In this document: positions 35,546 through 43,635 of the stretch, piece after piece
How positions within the stretch are numbered: position 1 is the stretch's first letter
How the letters are laid out: each line of letters starts with the position of its first letter
Assembly (NCBI GenBank): GCA_024696005.1
Contig: JAILHF010000035.1
Location: 28,440-92,439, forward strand
DNA length: 64,000 nt
Reading direction: 5' to 3'
DNA from: Lachnospiraceae bacterium
GTDB taxonomy: Bacteria; Bacillota; Clostridia; Lachnospirales; Lachnospiraceae
Position numbers and translations under genes: made by a program
The notes under the pieces: model-generated
Told to the model about the DNA's origin: nothing
What the model saw: the letters and a program-made list of their open reading frames with translations, nothing else
Database searches by the model: none

Positions 35546-36624
35546 GCTTCCCCCACAGCGGCAATGGTGCCTCCGCCCACTACCGTATCCCCGTCATACA
35601 ATACCACGGCCTGCCCCTTTGTCACCGCGCGCTGTGCCTCGTCAAAGACCACCCGCAGCGTGTCCGCATCGGGCTGCGTCACCACGGCAGGCTGCTCCGT
35701 CTGCCGGTAACGGATCTTTGCCTTGATGCGCATCTCGCCCTCGATGCGCGGCAGCGTGCACAGGTTGATGTCGTGCGCCACAAGGGCATGGGAAAACAGC
35801 CCCTCTCCGTGCGTCAGCACCACGCGGTTGTTTTCGACATCGATCCCGCAGACATACCAGGGAAGCTCGGCCGGCAGGTTCAGGCCTTTGCGCTGCCCTA
35901 TCGTGTAATGGATGATCCCCCGGTGCTTCCCGAGGACCTTCCCTTCCGTATCAACAAAATCCCCCTCGGGAAAATGCATCCCGCAATAGCTTTCGATAAA
36001 TGCGGCATAATCCCCGTCCGGGACAAAACAGATGTCCTGGCTCTCGCTCTTTTCGGCGTTGACAAAGCCCTGTTCGGCCGCGATCGCCCGCACCTCTCCC
36101 TTCGTCAGCTCTCCCAGCGGAAAGAAGCAGCGTTCAAGCCTCTCCCCGCCCAGACGGAACAGGACATAGCTCTGGTCTTTGTTCGGATCGACGGCCTTTT
36201 TCAGAAAGGTCCTGCCATCCTCCTTCACGACACGCGCATAATGCCCCGTCACGATCGTATCGCATTCGCGGGAAAGCGCGTATTCATAAAGCCTTTCAAA
36301 CTTCAGAAAACGGTTGCAGTCAATGCAGGGATTGGGCGTGCCGCCTTCCCGGTAGGTCTGCACGAAGGGATCGATGACCTTTTCGGAAAAAGACTCCCGG
36401 TAATCCTTTATTTCAAACGGGATCCCGAGAGAAAGAGCCACCCTCCCCGCGTCATCCGCATCCCTGACCGAGCAGCAGCTTTTGTTGTTGCAATAGCTTT
36501 CTGCATCCCGGTACAGCCGCATGTTGACGCCGAGACATTCATATCCTTTTTCTTTCATCAGATAAGCGGCCACGGAGCTGTCCACCCCGCCGCTCATCGC
36601 GATCAATGCTCTGCCGGTACTCAT
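35542..36624 (-). CDS. mnmA: tRNA 2-thiouridine(34) synthase MnmA
   Basis: 360 aa, ALIAMSGGVDSSVAAYLMKEKGYECLGVNM...NPCIDCNRFLKF. Confidence 0.95.
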   Translation of the reverse strand: MSTGRALIAMSGGVDSSVAAYLMKEKGYECLGVNMRLYRDAESYCNNKSCCSVRDADDAGRVALSLGIPFEIKDYRESFSEKVIDPFVQTYREGGTPNPCIDCNRFLKFERLYEYALSRECDTIVTGHYARVVKEDGRTFLKKAVDPNKDQSYVLFRLGGERLERCFFPLGELTKGEVRAIAAEQGFVNAEKSESQDICFVPDGDYAAFIESYCGMHFPEGDFVDTEGKVLGKHRGIIHYTIGQRKGLNLPAELPWYVCGIDVENNRVVLTHGEGLFSHALVAHDINLCTLPRIEGEMRIKAKIRYRQTEQPAVVTQPDADTLRVVFDEAQRAVTKGQAVVLYDGDTVVGGGTIAAVGEA

Positions 36625-36630
36625 GGAGAC

Positions 36631-36659
36631 ATCTTACCACAGAAACAGGCAAAAATCAA
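36631..36659 (-). promoter_or_regulatory. sigma-A promoter placed for a leaderless mnmA mRNA
   Basis: Minus strand: TTGATT (36659-36654), a 17-nt spacer, then TGgTAAGAT (hexamer 36636-36631), then 6 nt to ATG 36624. No SD is present. Confidence 0.5.
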
Positions 36660-36693
36660 AAAATAGGTCCCGGATGAAGGATCACCCGGGACC
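36651..36693 (-). terminator. intrinsic terminator after fliS
   Basis: GGUCCCGG-12 nt-CCGGGACC followed by UAUUUUUUGAUUUUU on the minus strand. Confidence 0.8.
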
Positions 36694-36729
36694 AGATATA
36701 GGGGAAAGCAAATAATGCGAAGATTTCGT

Positions 36730-37200
36730 TTAAGCAAGGAAACCGCGGTTGCTCGCAACGGCTGCGCTCTCGGTATTGACCGTGCTGCGTCCGTACGTCA
36801 TGCCGGCATATACCACATCGGTATTGCGCATCAGCGCTTCCGAACGGTCATCCTTTGTTGCCTCGGCATAGGCGTTGCGCAGGCGCTTCATCATGTCGAT
36901 GCAGCGGGGGATATCTGCCTGGTTGCGGCGGATGTCGGCCATGATCAGCCTTCTTTCCACAAAACGGTAAAGCTGGCAGGTATACCTGGCGATCTCCTGC
37001 TCCATGTTCAGGGATTCGATCAGCTCGCTGAGGCAGCCCCTGGCATGGCGTATCGCCAGACGGAAGTCTTCCGACTCCGGATCCGCTTCCATCGCGTCGT
37101 CACAATAGCTGTCAAACATGTCGTATAGGATCACCACGAGCGCCGTTGCATTTGCGTTCGAGATACGGAGCATGTAATCCTGTTTCAGTTCGTCCTTCAT
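36730..37200 (-). CDS. fliS: flagellin-specific export chaperone FliS
   Basis: 156 aa, ...NANATALVVILYDMFDSYCDDAM...ARGCLSELIESLN...YRFVERRLIMADI. It sits directly downstream of the flagellin gene. Confidence 0.75.
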   Translation of the reverse strand: MKDELKQDYMLRISNANATALVVILYDMFDSYCDDAMEADPESEDFRLAIRHARGCLSELIESLNMEQEIARYTCQLYRFVERRLIMADIRRNQADIPRCIDMMKRLRNAYAEATKDDRSEALMRNTDVVYAGMTYGRSTVNTESAAVASNRGFLA

Positions 37201-37225
37201 TTACCGCACCTCCCGGGAACCTGTC

Positions 37226-38386
37226 TTACTGCAAGAGCTGCAGCACCTGCTGCGGCCGTTCGTTCGCCTGCGCCAGCATCGAGGTTCCGGCCTGTACCAG
37301 CACCTGCTGGGTCGTGTATTCCGTCATTTCCTCGGCCATGTCCACATCCATGATGCGGGAATATGCGGCAGTCAGGTTCTCGTTCGAAACGTCCACGCTC
37401 GTCGCGTTGTGCTCCAGACGGTTCTGGTAAGCACCCAGACGGGAGCGGATGTCGTTGACATAATCCAGTGCACCCTTTACTTCATCGATTGCTTTCTGCG
37501 CCGTGTCCATGGTCTTGATGTCGCTCTCATCCAGTCCCAGGCGGTACAGGGAAACGGTAGGGATCTGCATGGCCAGTTCCTGCCCTTCGTTGGCACCGAT
37601 CTGGATCTTCATGGCTCCCATGCCCGTGATGTCGATGGCCGTGGCAGCCTGCGACTTCACGATGTTCTTTCTGGCTTCGACATCGGTCACGCCGGCAAAC
37701 TCTTTCTTGTCAACCGCCACCGTGAGCTTGAAATCGCCGGGGCCCGTAAGCGTGACTTTGTCGCCGTTCGGCCCGAATTCCGCTTTATAGCCGCTCGCAG
37801 AGGGCGTGTCGGGTGCCGTGATGCCCGGGATCGTGAACGCATCGGCGCTCGCGACCGGATCGTCCGAAAGCAGGGAGAAATCGATCTTGTAATCCTTGCT
37901 GACCGGCACATCCTGCGAATAATAATCCACGGTCACCTTCGGGTTATCCGTATAACCCTTCAGGTCAAAGCTTCCGTCCAGAAGAGGCATGCCGTTAAAG
38001 TCCGTATCCTTGGCGATGCGGGTCAGCTCGCTCTTGAGCTGCTGGTATTCCTGGTCCAGAAGCGCCTTGTCACCGTCGGTATTGGTATCGGTCCCCGCCT
38101 GCACGGCCAGCTGGTTCATGCGCTGGATGATGGCGCTCATCTCGGAGAGAGCACCCTCAGCCGTGGAGATCACGGAGATACCGTCATTCGTATTGTTCTT
38201 TGCCACACCCAGGCCCTTTACCTGGGAATCCATGCGGTTGGCAATGGCCAGACCGGCGGGATTGTCCTGCGCCCGGTTCAGCTTCAGCCCGGAAGAGAGC
38301 CTCTGCAGGGACTGGCTCAGTTTGCTGTCGCTCTGGTTCAGAGCTTTATTGGAGATCACGGCAGATGCGTTATAATTGATCCTCAT
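37226..38386 (-). CDS. fliC: flagellin
   Basis: MRINYNASAVISNKALNQSDSKLSQSLQRLSSGLKLNRAQDNPAGLAIANRM at the N-terminus and ...RSRLGAYQNRLEHNATSVDVSNENLTAAYSRIMDVDMAEEMTEYTTQQVLVQAGTSMLAQAN at the C-terminus. SD GAGG precedes ATG 38386. Confidence 0.95.
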   Translation of the reverse strand: MRINYNASAVISNKALNQSDSKLSQSLQRLSSGLKLNRAQDNPAGLAIANRMDSQVKGLGVAKNNTNDGISVISTAEGALSEMSAIIQRMNQLAVQAGTDTNTDGDKALLDQEYQQLKSELTRIAKDTDFNGMPLLDGSFDLKGYTDNPKVTVDYYSQDVPVSKDYKIDFSLLSDDPVASADAFTIPGITAPDTPSASGYKAEFGPNGDKVTLTGPGDFKLTVAVDKKEFAGVTDVEARKNIVKSQAATAIDITGMGAMKIQIGANEGQELAMQIPTVSLYRLGLDESDIKTMDTAQKAIDEVKGALDYVNDIRSRLGAYQNRLEHNATSVDVSNENLTAAYSRIMDVDMAEEMTEYTTQQVLVQAGTSMLAQANERPQQVLQLLQ

Positions 38387-38460
38387 GCGATACCTCATTT
38401 TCCCGGAGATGTCCGTATCTCCGTTATATGACGCCCTCCGTGGCTTCCCTTTTTTCCGTT

Positions 38461-41400
38461 TCAGGCCTCTCCGATCGTCAAAAGAAAGATCTTTGCGCTT
38501 TTATACAGAGTGGCCGTATCATAAGACTCATTTATATCATCGGCCCGTTTCGGCGAAAAATTAACCGTCAGATGCGAAGAATATACAAAATCGATCTCGT
38601 TCATCGGGATCTGTGCCTCACGCATCCGATCCAGAAGGGTATCCTCCATGGCCGCGGCCGCATCCCTTCCCTCGGGCGTGCTGCAGGCCACGTACGCGGA
38701 CAGGCCATCCCCGCTTGCACGGAAACGGGCCATCATCTCACCGTAACTTGCGTGCTCCAGGCGTATCTCAACACGCCCCCTTTCACCTTCATGGCGGATC
38801 CGCACGTTTACCGTCGTCTCCGTGCCGGCGATCGCCATCGGGATCTCGTAGCTCTCCTCCTCCGCTAACGCCCTGGCCGTTCCCAGCTGCTTCATGGCCG
38901 CCGCCATCGCTTTCAGGTCGATGCTGCCGTCCTCCTGCAGAGCCGCCTCAGCCAGAACGTTTTCCGCCACATCCGCCAGATGCGAATAGGCCTCCTGTGC
39001 CTCCTCGCGGGAATCGAAACGCTCCAGGCTGTCGCGGACCGCTTCCTCCAGGATCTCTTCGGTGACGGAGAATGCATTGCCGCCGGTCTGCGCCTCTTCC
39101 CCGCTCACAACACGCCCGTCGCTCGTGGTATGCTGTCTGCGGTGCAGCTCTCCCGCGGCGCGTCTGCACAGGTCGAATAGCTCGCCCTTTCTTTCCCGCA
39201 GGCCGCGCAGGCCCAGCAGGCGGTCCGCATTCGGAACAATGCCCTCTCCGATCAGTTCCTCATAAAGCTCACGGGGCAGCTCGGCCGCCTGGGCGAGGTC
39301 AGATGCGGCATCTTTATACAGCGCCGTTTCGATCTGTCTGCGGATGTCGTTTTCGACCGAGGAGTCCATGCCCTGCAGGCTGTCATCCACCGTGACATCC
39401 ATGCCGGCATCCCGGCGGCTGCGCACAGCCGTGAGCAGATTGGCAAAGGTAAGCTCCGCGCCCTGTTCCAGAACGCTTCCGATGGCCGCCCCGCTTCTTT
39501 TGCCGATCTGGTGGAGCATGCGGTGAATACCGATGTAGCTCTCCCGTTCCTCGGCCGTGATGCGGTTTTTCGTCTCCATGCGAACCAGGAACTCGCTGTA
39601 GCTCTCACCCGTGGCCGCCGTATCCGTCAGATACGCGTCAAGCTCATCCATTCCCATCTTCAGGGGATTCTTCCCGTCACGGATCATCTGCAGGGTGTTT
39701 TCGGGCGTCATGCGCGTGACGATATCGTCCACGGTGCGGCAGGCGTCCTTCACGAGGTCGATGTTGCGCTGCGAGATCTCCATGCTGTTGTAGCCCAGGA
39801 TGCGAACGGCGCGCAGATCATCCTCGCCCGCATCGATCCCGAGCTCTCCCAGAAGGCTCTCGGCCCTGGAAAAGGCCTTTCCGATGCTGTCGCCCAGATC
39901 GCCCCTGACCTGTGTCTGCATGGTCTCGTATCGCTCCTGCACCGTTTCGTAACGAAGGGAGCGCGCACGCCCGGCTTCGACATACTCCTCCATGGTCACG
40001 GAGAAGCTGCTCTTCATCTCATAAGTGCTTTCGTAAGTATCCGCCTTCAGCAGATCGCCAATGATCGAAACGGGCATGCCGGGGATCTGACGGAGCATTT
40101 CCATGCTTTCGCGGAAGATCCCGTCCCGCTCCAGAGCCGAGTTTGCATCGGACGCATTATAACGGCTCTTCAGGAGCTCCGCCTCGGCTGCCTTCATCTG
40201 CTCGACCAGGTCCGAAAGCTCCGTGGTATCCACTTTTACGCCAGTCTTGAGCATGTGATAGCTTACCTGAACGGTCATGGACAGGCGCACCTCCTGCAGC
40301 TGTCTGCGAGCCGTCAGGGTGCGTGTCTCCATCGTGATCTCGATGCTCGCTTCCATGCGAAGGGAGCTTAATGCAGCCGACGCACCGGCCGCCTTTGCTT
40401 CACGGCTGAGGTTTTTGATCGTCAGAGGCAGATCCTTCGCCACCACGGCATCCGCCGCCTCATCCGGCAGTTCCTGCAGGGTTTGTGTCAGCTCCGCCGC
40501 CTGTTTTAAGAGGCTGTCCTCACTTGTCAGGTCGGCCTGCGCGGGATGCAGCCCGTCCGAAAGAGCACGCGCCGCCGCATCAGCTGCTTTCGCCGGGCTC
40601 ATCGGCAATTCCAGGCTGTCCAGCTGCTTCATCAGAAGAAAGCTCTCTTCCGTGAGCGGCATTCCTTCCTCGGTCAGGCGCTTTGCGATCGCCAGGTTTT
40701 CCTCATCCGCCTCTTCGCCGGCGCGTTCGATCAGCTTTTCCATCTGGCCCTTCAGCTGCTCCAGATCCGCCGCATCGGCCGCCGCGGTGCGCCCGATATA
40801 GCCGTCCGTCCGCACGTAAGCGCCCTGCGCCGAACGGACCGCCGCCCCGCTGTGAAGCGCCCTGTAGACGTTCGCGAGGGTAGGGGTGAGCCCGTTTTCC
40901 ACCATGTATTCCTTGCTGCCTTCACTGAGTTCCGGCAGGCCCGTAAGCTGTGATACCGCCTCCGAGGCTTCCTTTGCGTTCGCTTCGTTCAGGGGGACCG
41001 CGTTCTCACGGAAGGCGCGTTCGATCTCCTGCGCATACACGGCGGACCCCGTGATCGCCTCGAGCTGCTCGGCGCTCAGATCATCGTTATAACCGCTCAC
41101 GACCACACCGCTCTTCGCCATCGTGGCCTTGATCTCGTCCACGATATTGACCGCATCCTCAGGATCCATCTCCCGGGGATCGAAGCCCTCCTCCTGCATC
41201 TTTCCGTACGCCTCGGGGCTCACGGTATGCGCCATGAGGGTCATCATGTCCTGCCTGTTTTGGGCGTCCGCATCCGTCATGTCCGCGGTGAGCTCGGAAA
41301 TGTCCTTCTTTTTGTCACCGAGTATCGTATCGTTATTCTGTCCGAGTTCCAGGGCAAAGCCCGAAGCGGCGCGCTCCGTGCCTTCCTGCACCGTCCGCTC

Positions 41401-41463
41401 CGCACGCTGTGCCTCCACCCGGGGATTCTGCATGGATTCGTTTGCGATCTGTCCGATCTTCAT
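38461..41463 (-). CDS. 1000-aa acidic protein with a FliK-like C-terminal domain, function unknown
   Basis: One uninterrupted ORF with SD GGAGGAG. It is Ala/Glu-rich and predicted helical. The last ~100 aa, VNVRIRHEGERGRVEIRLEHASYGEMMARFRAS...EGRDAAAAMEDTLLDRMREAQIPMNEIDFV, follows the pattern of the hook-length-control (Flg_hook) domain. Confidence 0.6.
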   Translation of the reverse strand: MKIGQIANESMQNPRVEAQRAERTVQEGTERAASGFALELGQNNDTILGDKKKDISELTADMTDADAQNRQDMMTLMAHTVSPEAYGKMQEEGFDPREMDPEDAVNIVDEIKATMAKSGVVVSGYNDDLSAEQLEAITGSAVYAQEIERAFRENAVPLNEANAKEASEAVSQLTGLPELSEGSKEYMVENGLTPTLANVYRALHSGAAVRSAQGAYVRTDGYIGRTAAADAADLEQLKGQMEKLIERAGEEADEENLAIAKRLTEEGMPLTEESFLLMKQLDSLELPMSPAKAADAAARALSDGLHPAQADLTSEDSLLKQAAELTQTLQELPDEAADAVVAKDLPLTIKNLSREAKAAGASAALSSLRMEASIEITMETRTLTARRQLQEVRLSMTVQVSYHMLKTGVKVDTTELSDLVEQMKAAEAELLKSRYNASDANSALERDGIFRESMEMLRQIPGMPVSIIGDLLKADTYESTYEMKSSFSVTMEEYVEAGRARSLRYETVQERYETMQTQVRGDLGDSIGKAFSRAESLLGELGIDAGEDDLRAVRILGYNSMEISQRNIDLVKDACRTVDDIVTRMTPENTLQMIRDGKNPLKMGMDELDAYLTDTAATGESYSEFLVRMETKNRITAEERESYIGIHRMLHQIGKRSGAAIGSVLEQGAELTFANLLTAVRSRRDAGMDVTVDDSLQGMDSSVENDIRRQIETALYKDAASDLAQAAELPRELYEELIGEGIVPNADRLLGLRGLRERKGELFDLCRRAAGELHRRQHTTSDGRVVSGEEAQTGGNAFSVTEEILEEAVRDSLERFDSREEAQEAYSHLADVAENVLAEAALQEDGSIDLKAMAAAMKQLGTARALAEEESYEIPMAIAGTETTVNVRIRHEGERGRVEIRLEHASYGEMMARFRASGDGLSAYVACSTPEGRDAAAAMEDTLLDRMREAQIPMNEIDFVYSSHLTVNFSPKRADDINESYDTATLYKSAKIFLLTIGEA

Positions 41464-41494
41464 ATGGATCTCCTCCGATCATTTCCCGAAAATG

Positions 41495-41525
41495 AAAAAG
41501 CCGGACATCCTTTCGGATGTCTGAC
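41495..41525 (-). terminator. intrinsic terminator after glgB
   Basis: GACAUCC-gaaa-GGAUGUC (GNRA loop) followed by CGGCUUUUUCAUUUU on the minus strand. Confidence 0.7.
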
Positions 41526-41583
41526 TTTTATTTCGGATAAATTATCCATCTTCTTTAACAATATCCCGAACTTTCCCTGCTGC

Positions 41584-43527
41584 TTAATAGGAAAAGGAAT
41601 AAGCGGCCGCACCGTAGGGAGGCAGATTGAATTTGATCGCGTACTTGCGGCCGTCGCATTCAAACTCCTGGGCCTTGATCTCGGCCGGCAGTTCTCCGCC
41701 GTTTCCGCCGAAGCGGCTTTCATCGGAATTGAGGACCAGCTTGTATTTTCCCTTCTTCGGAACGCCCACGCAATAACCGTCCTGGGCGATGGGCGTCATG
41801 TTCAGCACGAAAACGATGTTGTTCTTGCCGTCCGCGCTCTTGCGGATGAAGCTGTAGGTGCTGCGGTAGGAGTCGTTGGCGTTGATCCACTCAAAGCCGT
41901 CCCAGGAATCGTCCAGCTCGTAAAGGCAGCGGTTATCCCGGTAGACCTTCAGAAGCTCTTTCACATATTCCAGCATGCCCTTGTTGAGGTCTTCCCCGAG
42001 AAGGAACCAGTCCAGTTCACGCTTTTCGCTCCACTCACGCTCCTGCGCGAATTCCTGTCCCATGAAGAGCAGCTTCTTGCCGGAATGACCGAACATGAAG
42101 GCGTAACCCACACGGAGATTGGCGTATTTGTCCACCTTGTAGCCGGGCATCTTGTTCAGCATCGAACACTTCAGATGCACTACCTCGTCGTGGGAAAGGG
42201 GCATGATGTATTTCTCCGCGCAGTTATAGCTCATGGCGAAGGTCATCTTGTTATGGTTATCCTTGCGGAAGTAAGGATCCAGCTTCATGTAGTCGCAGAA
42301 ATCGTGCATCCAGCCCATGTTCCATTTGAAGGTGAAGCCCAGGCCGTCGTCTTCGGGACGGGCCGTCACCTTCGGCCAGGCGGTGGATTCCTCCGCGATG
42401 GTCATGGCACCGATGTTCATCCCGCGGATCACGCTGTTCAGATGCTTGAAGAATTCGATCGCATCCAGGTTCTCGTTTCCGCCGTATTTGTTCGCGACCC
42501 ACTGTCCGTCCTGCTTGCCGTAATCCAGATACAGCATGCTGGCCACCGCATCCACGCGAAGGCCGTCGATGTGGAATTCCCTGAGCCAGTAGAGCGCGTT
42601 GGCGATCAGGAAATTGCGGATCTCGTTCTTGGAATAGTTGAAGATCTTGGTGCCCCAGTCGGGATGCTCCCCGAGGCGGGTATCGGGATGCTCGTAGAGG
42701 GCTTCGCCGTCGAAATCGGCCAGGCCGAAGGCATCCCTGGGGAAATGGGCCGGAACCCAGTCAAGGATCACGCCGATCCCGGCGTTGTGAAGCTTGTTGA
42801 CCAGATAAGCGAAATCCTCCGGCGTGCCGTAACGGGAGGTGGGTGCGTAATAGCCGGTCACCTGGTAGCCCCAGCTGCCGTCGAAGGGATGCTCCGCGAT
42901 CCCCATCAGTTCCACATGGGTAAAGGGCACCTCGCCCAGATAATCCGTGAGACGGTCCGCAAACTCGCGGTAGTTGTAAAAGCCGTCCTCCGTTCCGTCC
43001 GGGTGCTTCATCCAGGAGCCGATATGGCATTCATAGATCGCCAGCGGTTCCTGGAAGAAATTCTTGTCCACCCTGGCGCTCATCCACTTGTCATCAGTCC
43101 ATTTCAGTTTCCGGATATCGTAGACCACCGAAGCCGTTCCGGGACGCAGCTCCGCATAATTCGCATAAGGATCTGCCTTGTAGATGCCCTCGCCGGAGGC
43201 CGTGGTGATAAAGAACTTGTACATCTCGCCCTCGCCCACCCCCGGGATAAAGCAGGTATAGATGCCGCCTTCCCCGAGGCGTTCCATCGCGTTGGCATCC
43301 ACATTCCAGTTGTTAAAGCCGCCCACCACATGCACGGCACGTGCATGGGGCGCCCAGACCGCAAAAAAGACGCCCCGTACCCCGTTCTTCATACAGGGGT
43401 GAGCGCCAAGTTTTTTGTAGATATCGTAATGAGAACCCTGGCCGAAAACGTACTGATCCGCTTCGGAGATGAAGACCGTTTCCTCCTGCAGGGATTGCGT
43501 CGTCGTTTCACGCTTCTTTGCTGCCAT
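41584..43527 (-). CDS. glgB: 1,4-alpha-glucan branching enzyme
   Basis: 647 aa, ...GVILDWVPAHFPRD...FHIDGLRVDAVASMLY...TIAEESTAWP...MSYNCAEKYIMPLSHDEVVH. Confidence 0.95.
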   Translation of the reverse strand: MAAKKRETTTQSLQEETVFISEADQYVFGQGSHYDIYKKLGAHPCMKNGVRGVFFAVWAPHARAVHVVGGFNNWNVDANAMERLGEGGIYTCFIPGVGEGEMYKFFITTASGEGIYKADPYANYAELRPGTASVVYDIRKLKWTDDKWMSARVDKNFFQEPLAIYECHIGSWMKHPDGTEDGFYNYREFADRLTDYLGEVPFTHVELMGIAEHPFDGSWGYQVTGYYAPTSRYGTPEDFAYLVNKLHNAGIGVILDWVPAHFPRDAFGLADFDGEALYEHPDTRLGEHPDWGTKIFNYSKNEIRNFLIANALYWLREFHIDGLRVDAVASMLYLDYGKQDGQWVANKYGGNENLDAIEFFKHLNSVIRGMNIGAMTIAEESTAWPKVTARPEDDGLGFTFKWNMGWMHDFCDYMKLDPYFRKDNHNKMTFAMSYNCAEKYIMPLSHDEVVHLKCSMLNKMPGYKVDKYANLRVGYAFMFGHSGKKLLFMGQEFAQEREWSEKRELDWFLLGEDLNKGMLEYVKELLKVYRDNRCLYELDDSWDGFEWINANDSYRSTYSFIRKSADGKNNIVFVLNMTPIAQDGYCVGVPKKGKYKLVLNSDESRFGGNGGELPAEIKAQEFECDGRKYAIKFNLPPYGAAAYSFSY

Positions 43528-43635
43528 TTACGTAACCCTCCGTCCATCAAGATAATAAAACCCCGGGATGTGCTCCCAAGGTCTTATTTTACCACATTTT
43601 CCCGCAAAGGAAAAGTCCGACTTTCCCGCTGATCC

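Noticed and set aside
41227-43632. 801-aa plus-strand ORF
   Set aside because: It lies antisense to glgB, whose alpha-amylase-family motifs are unambiguous.
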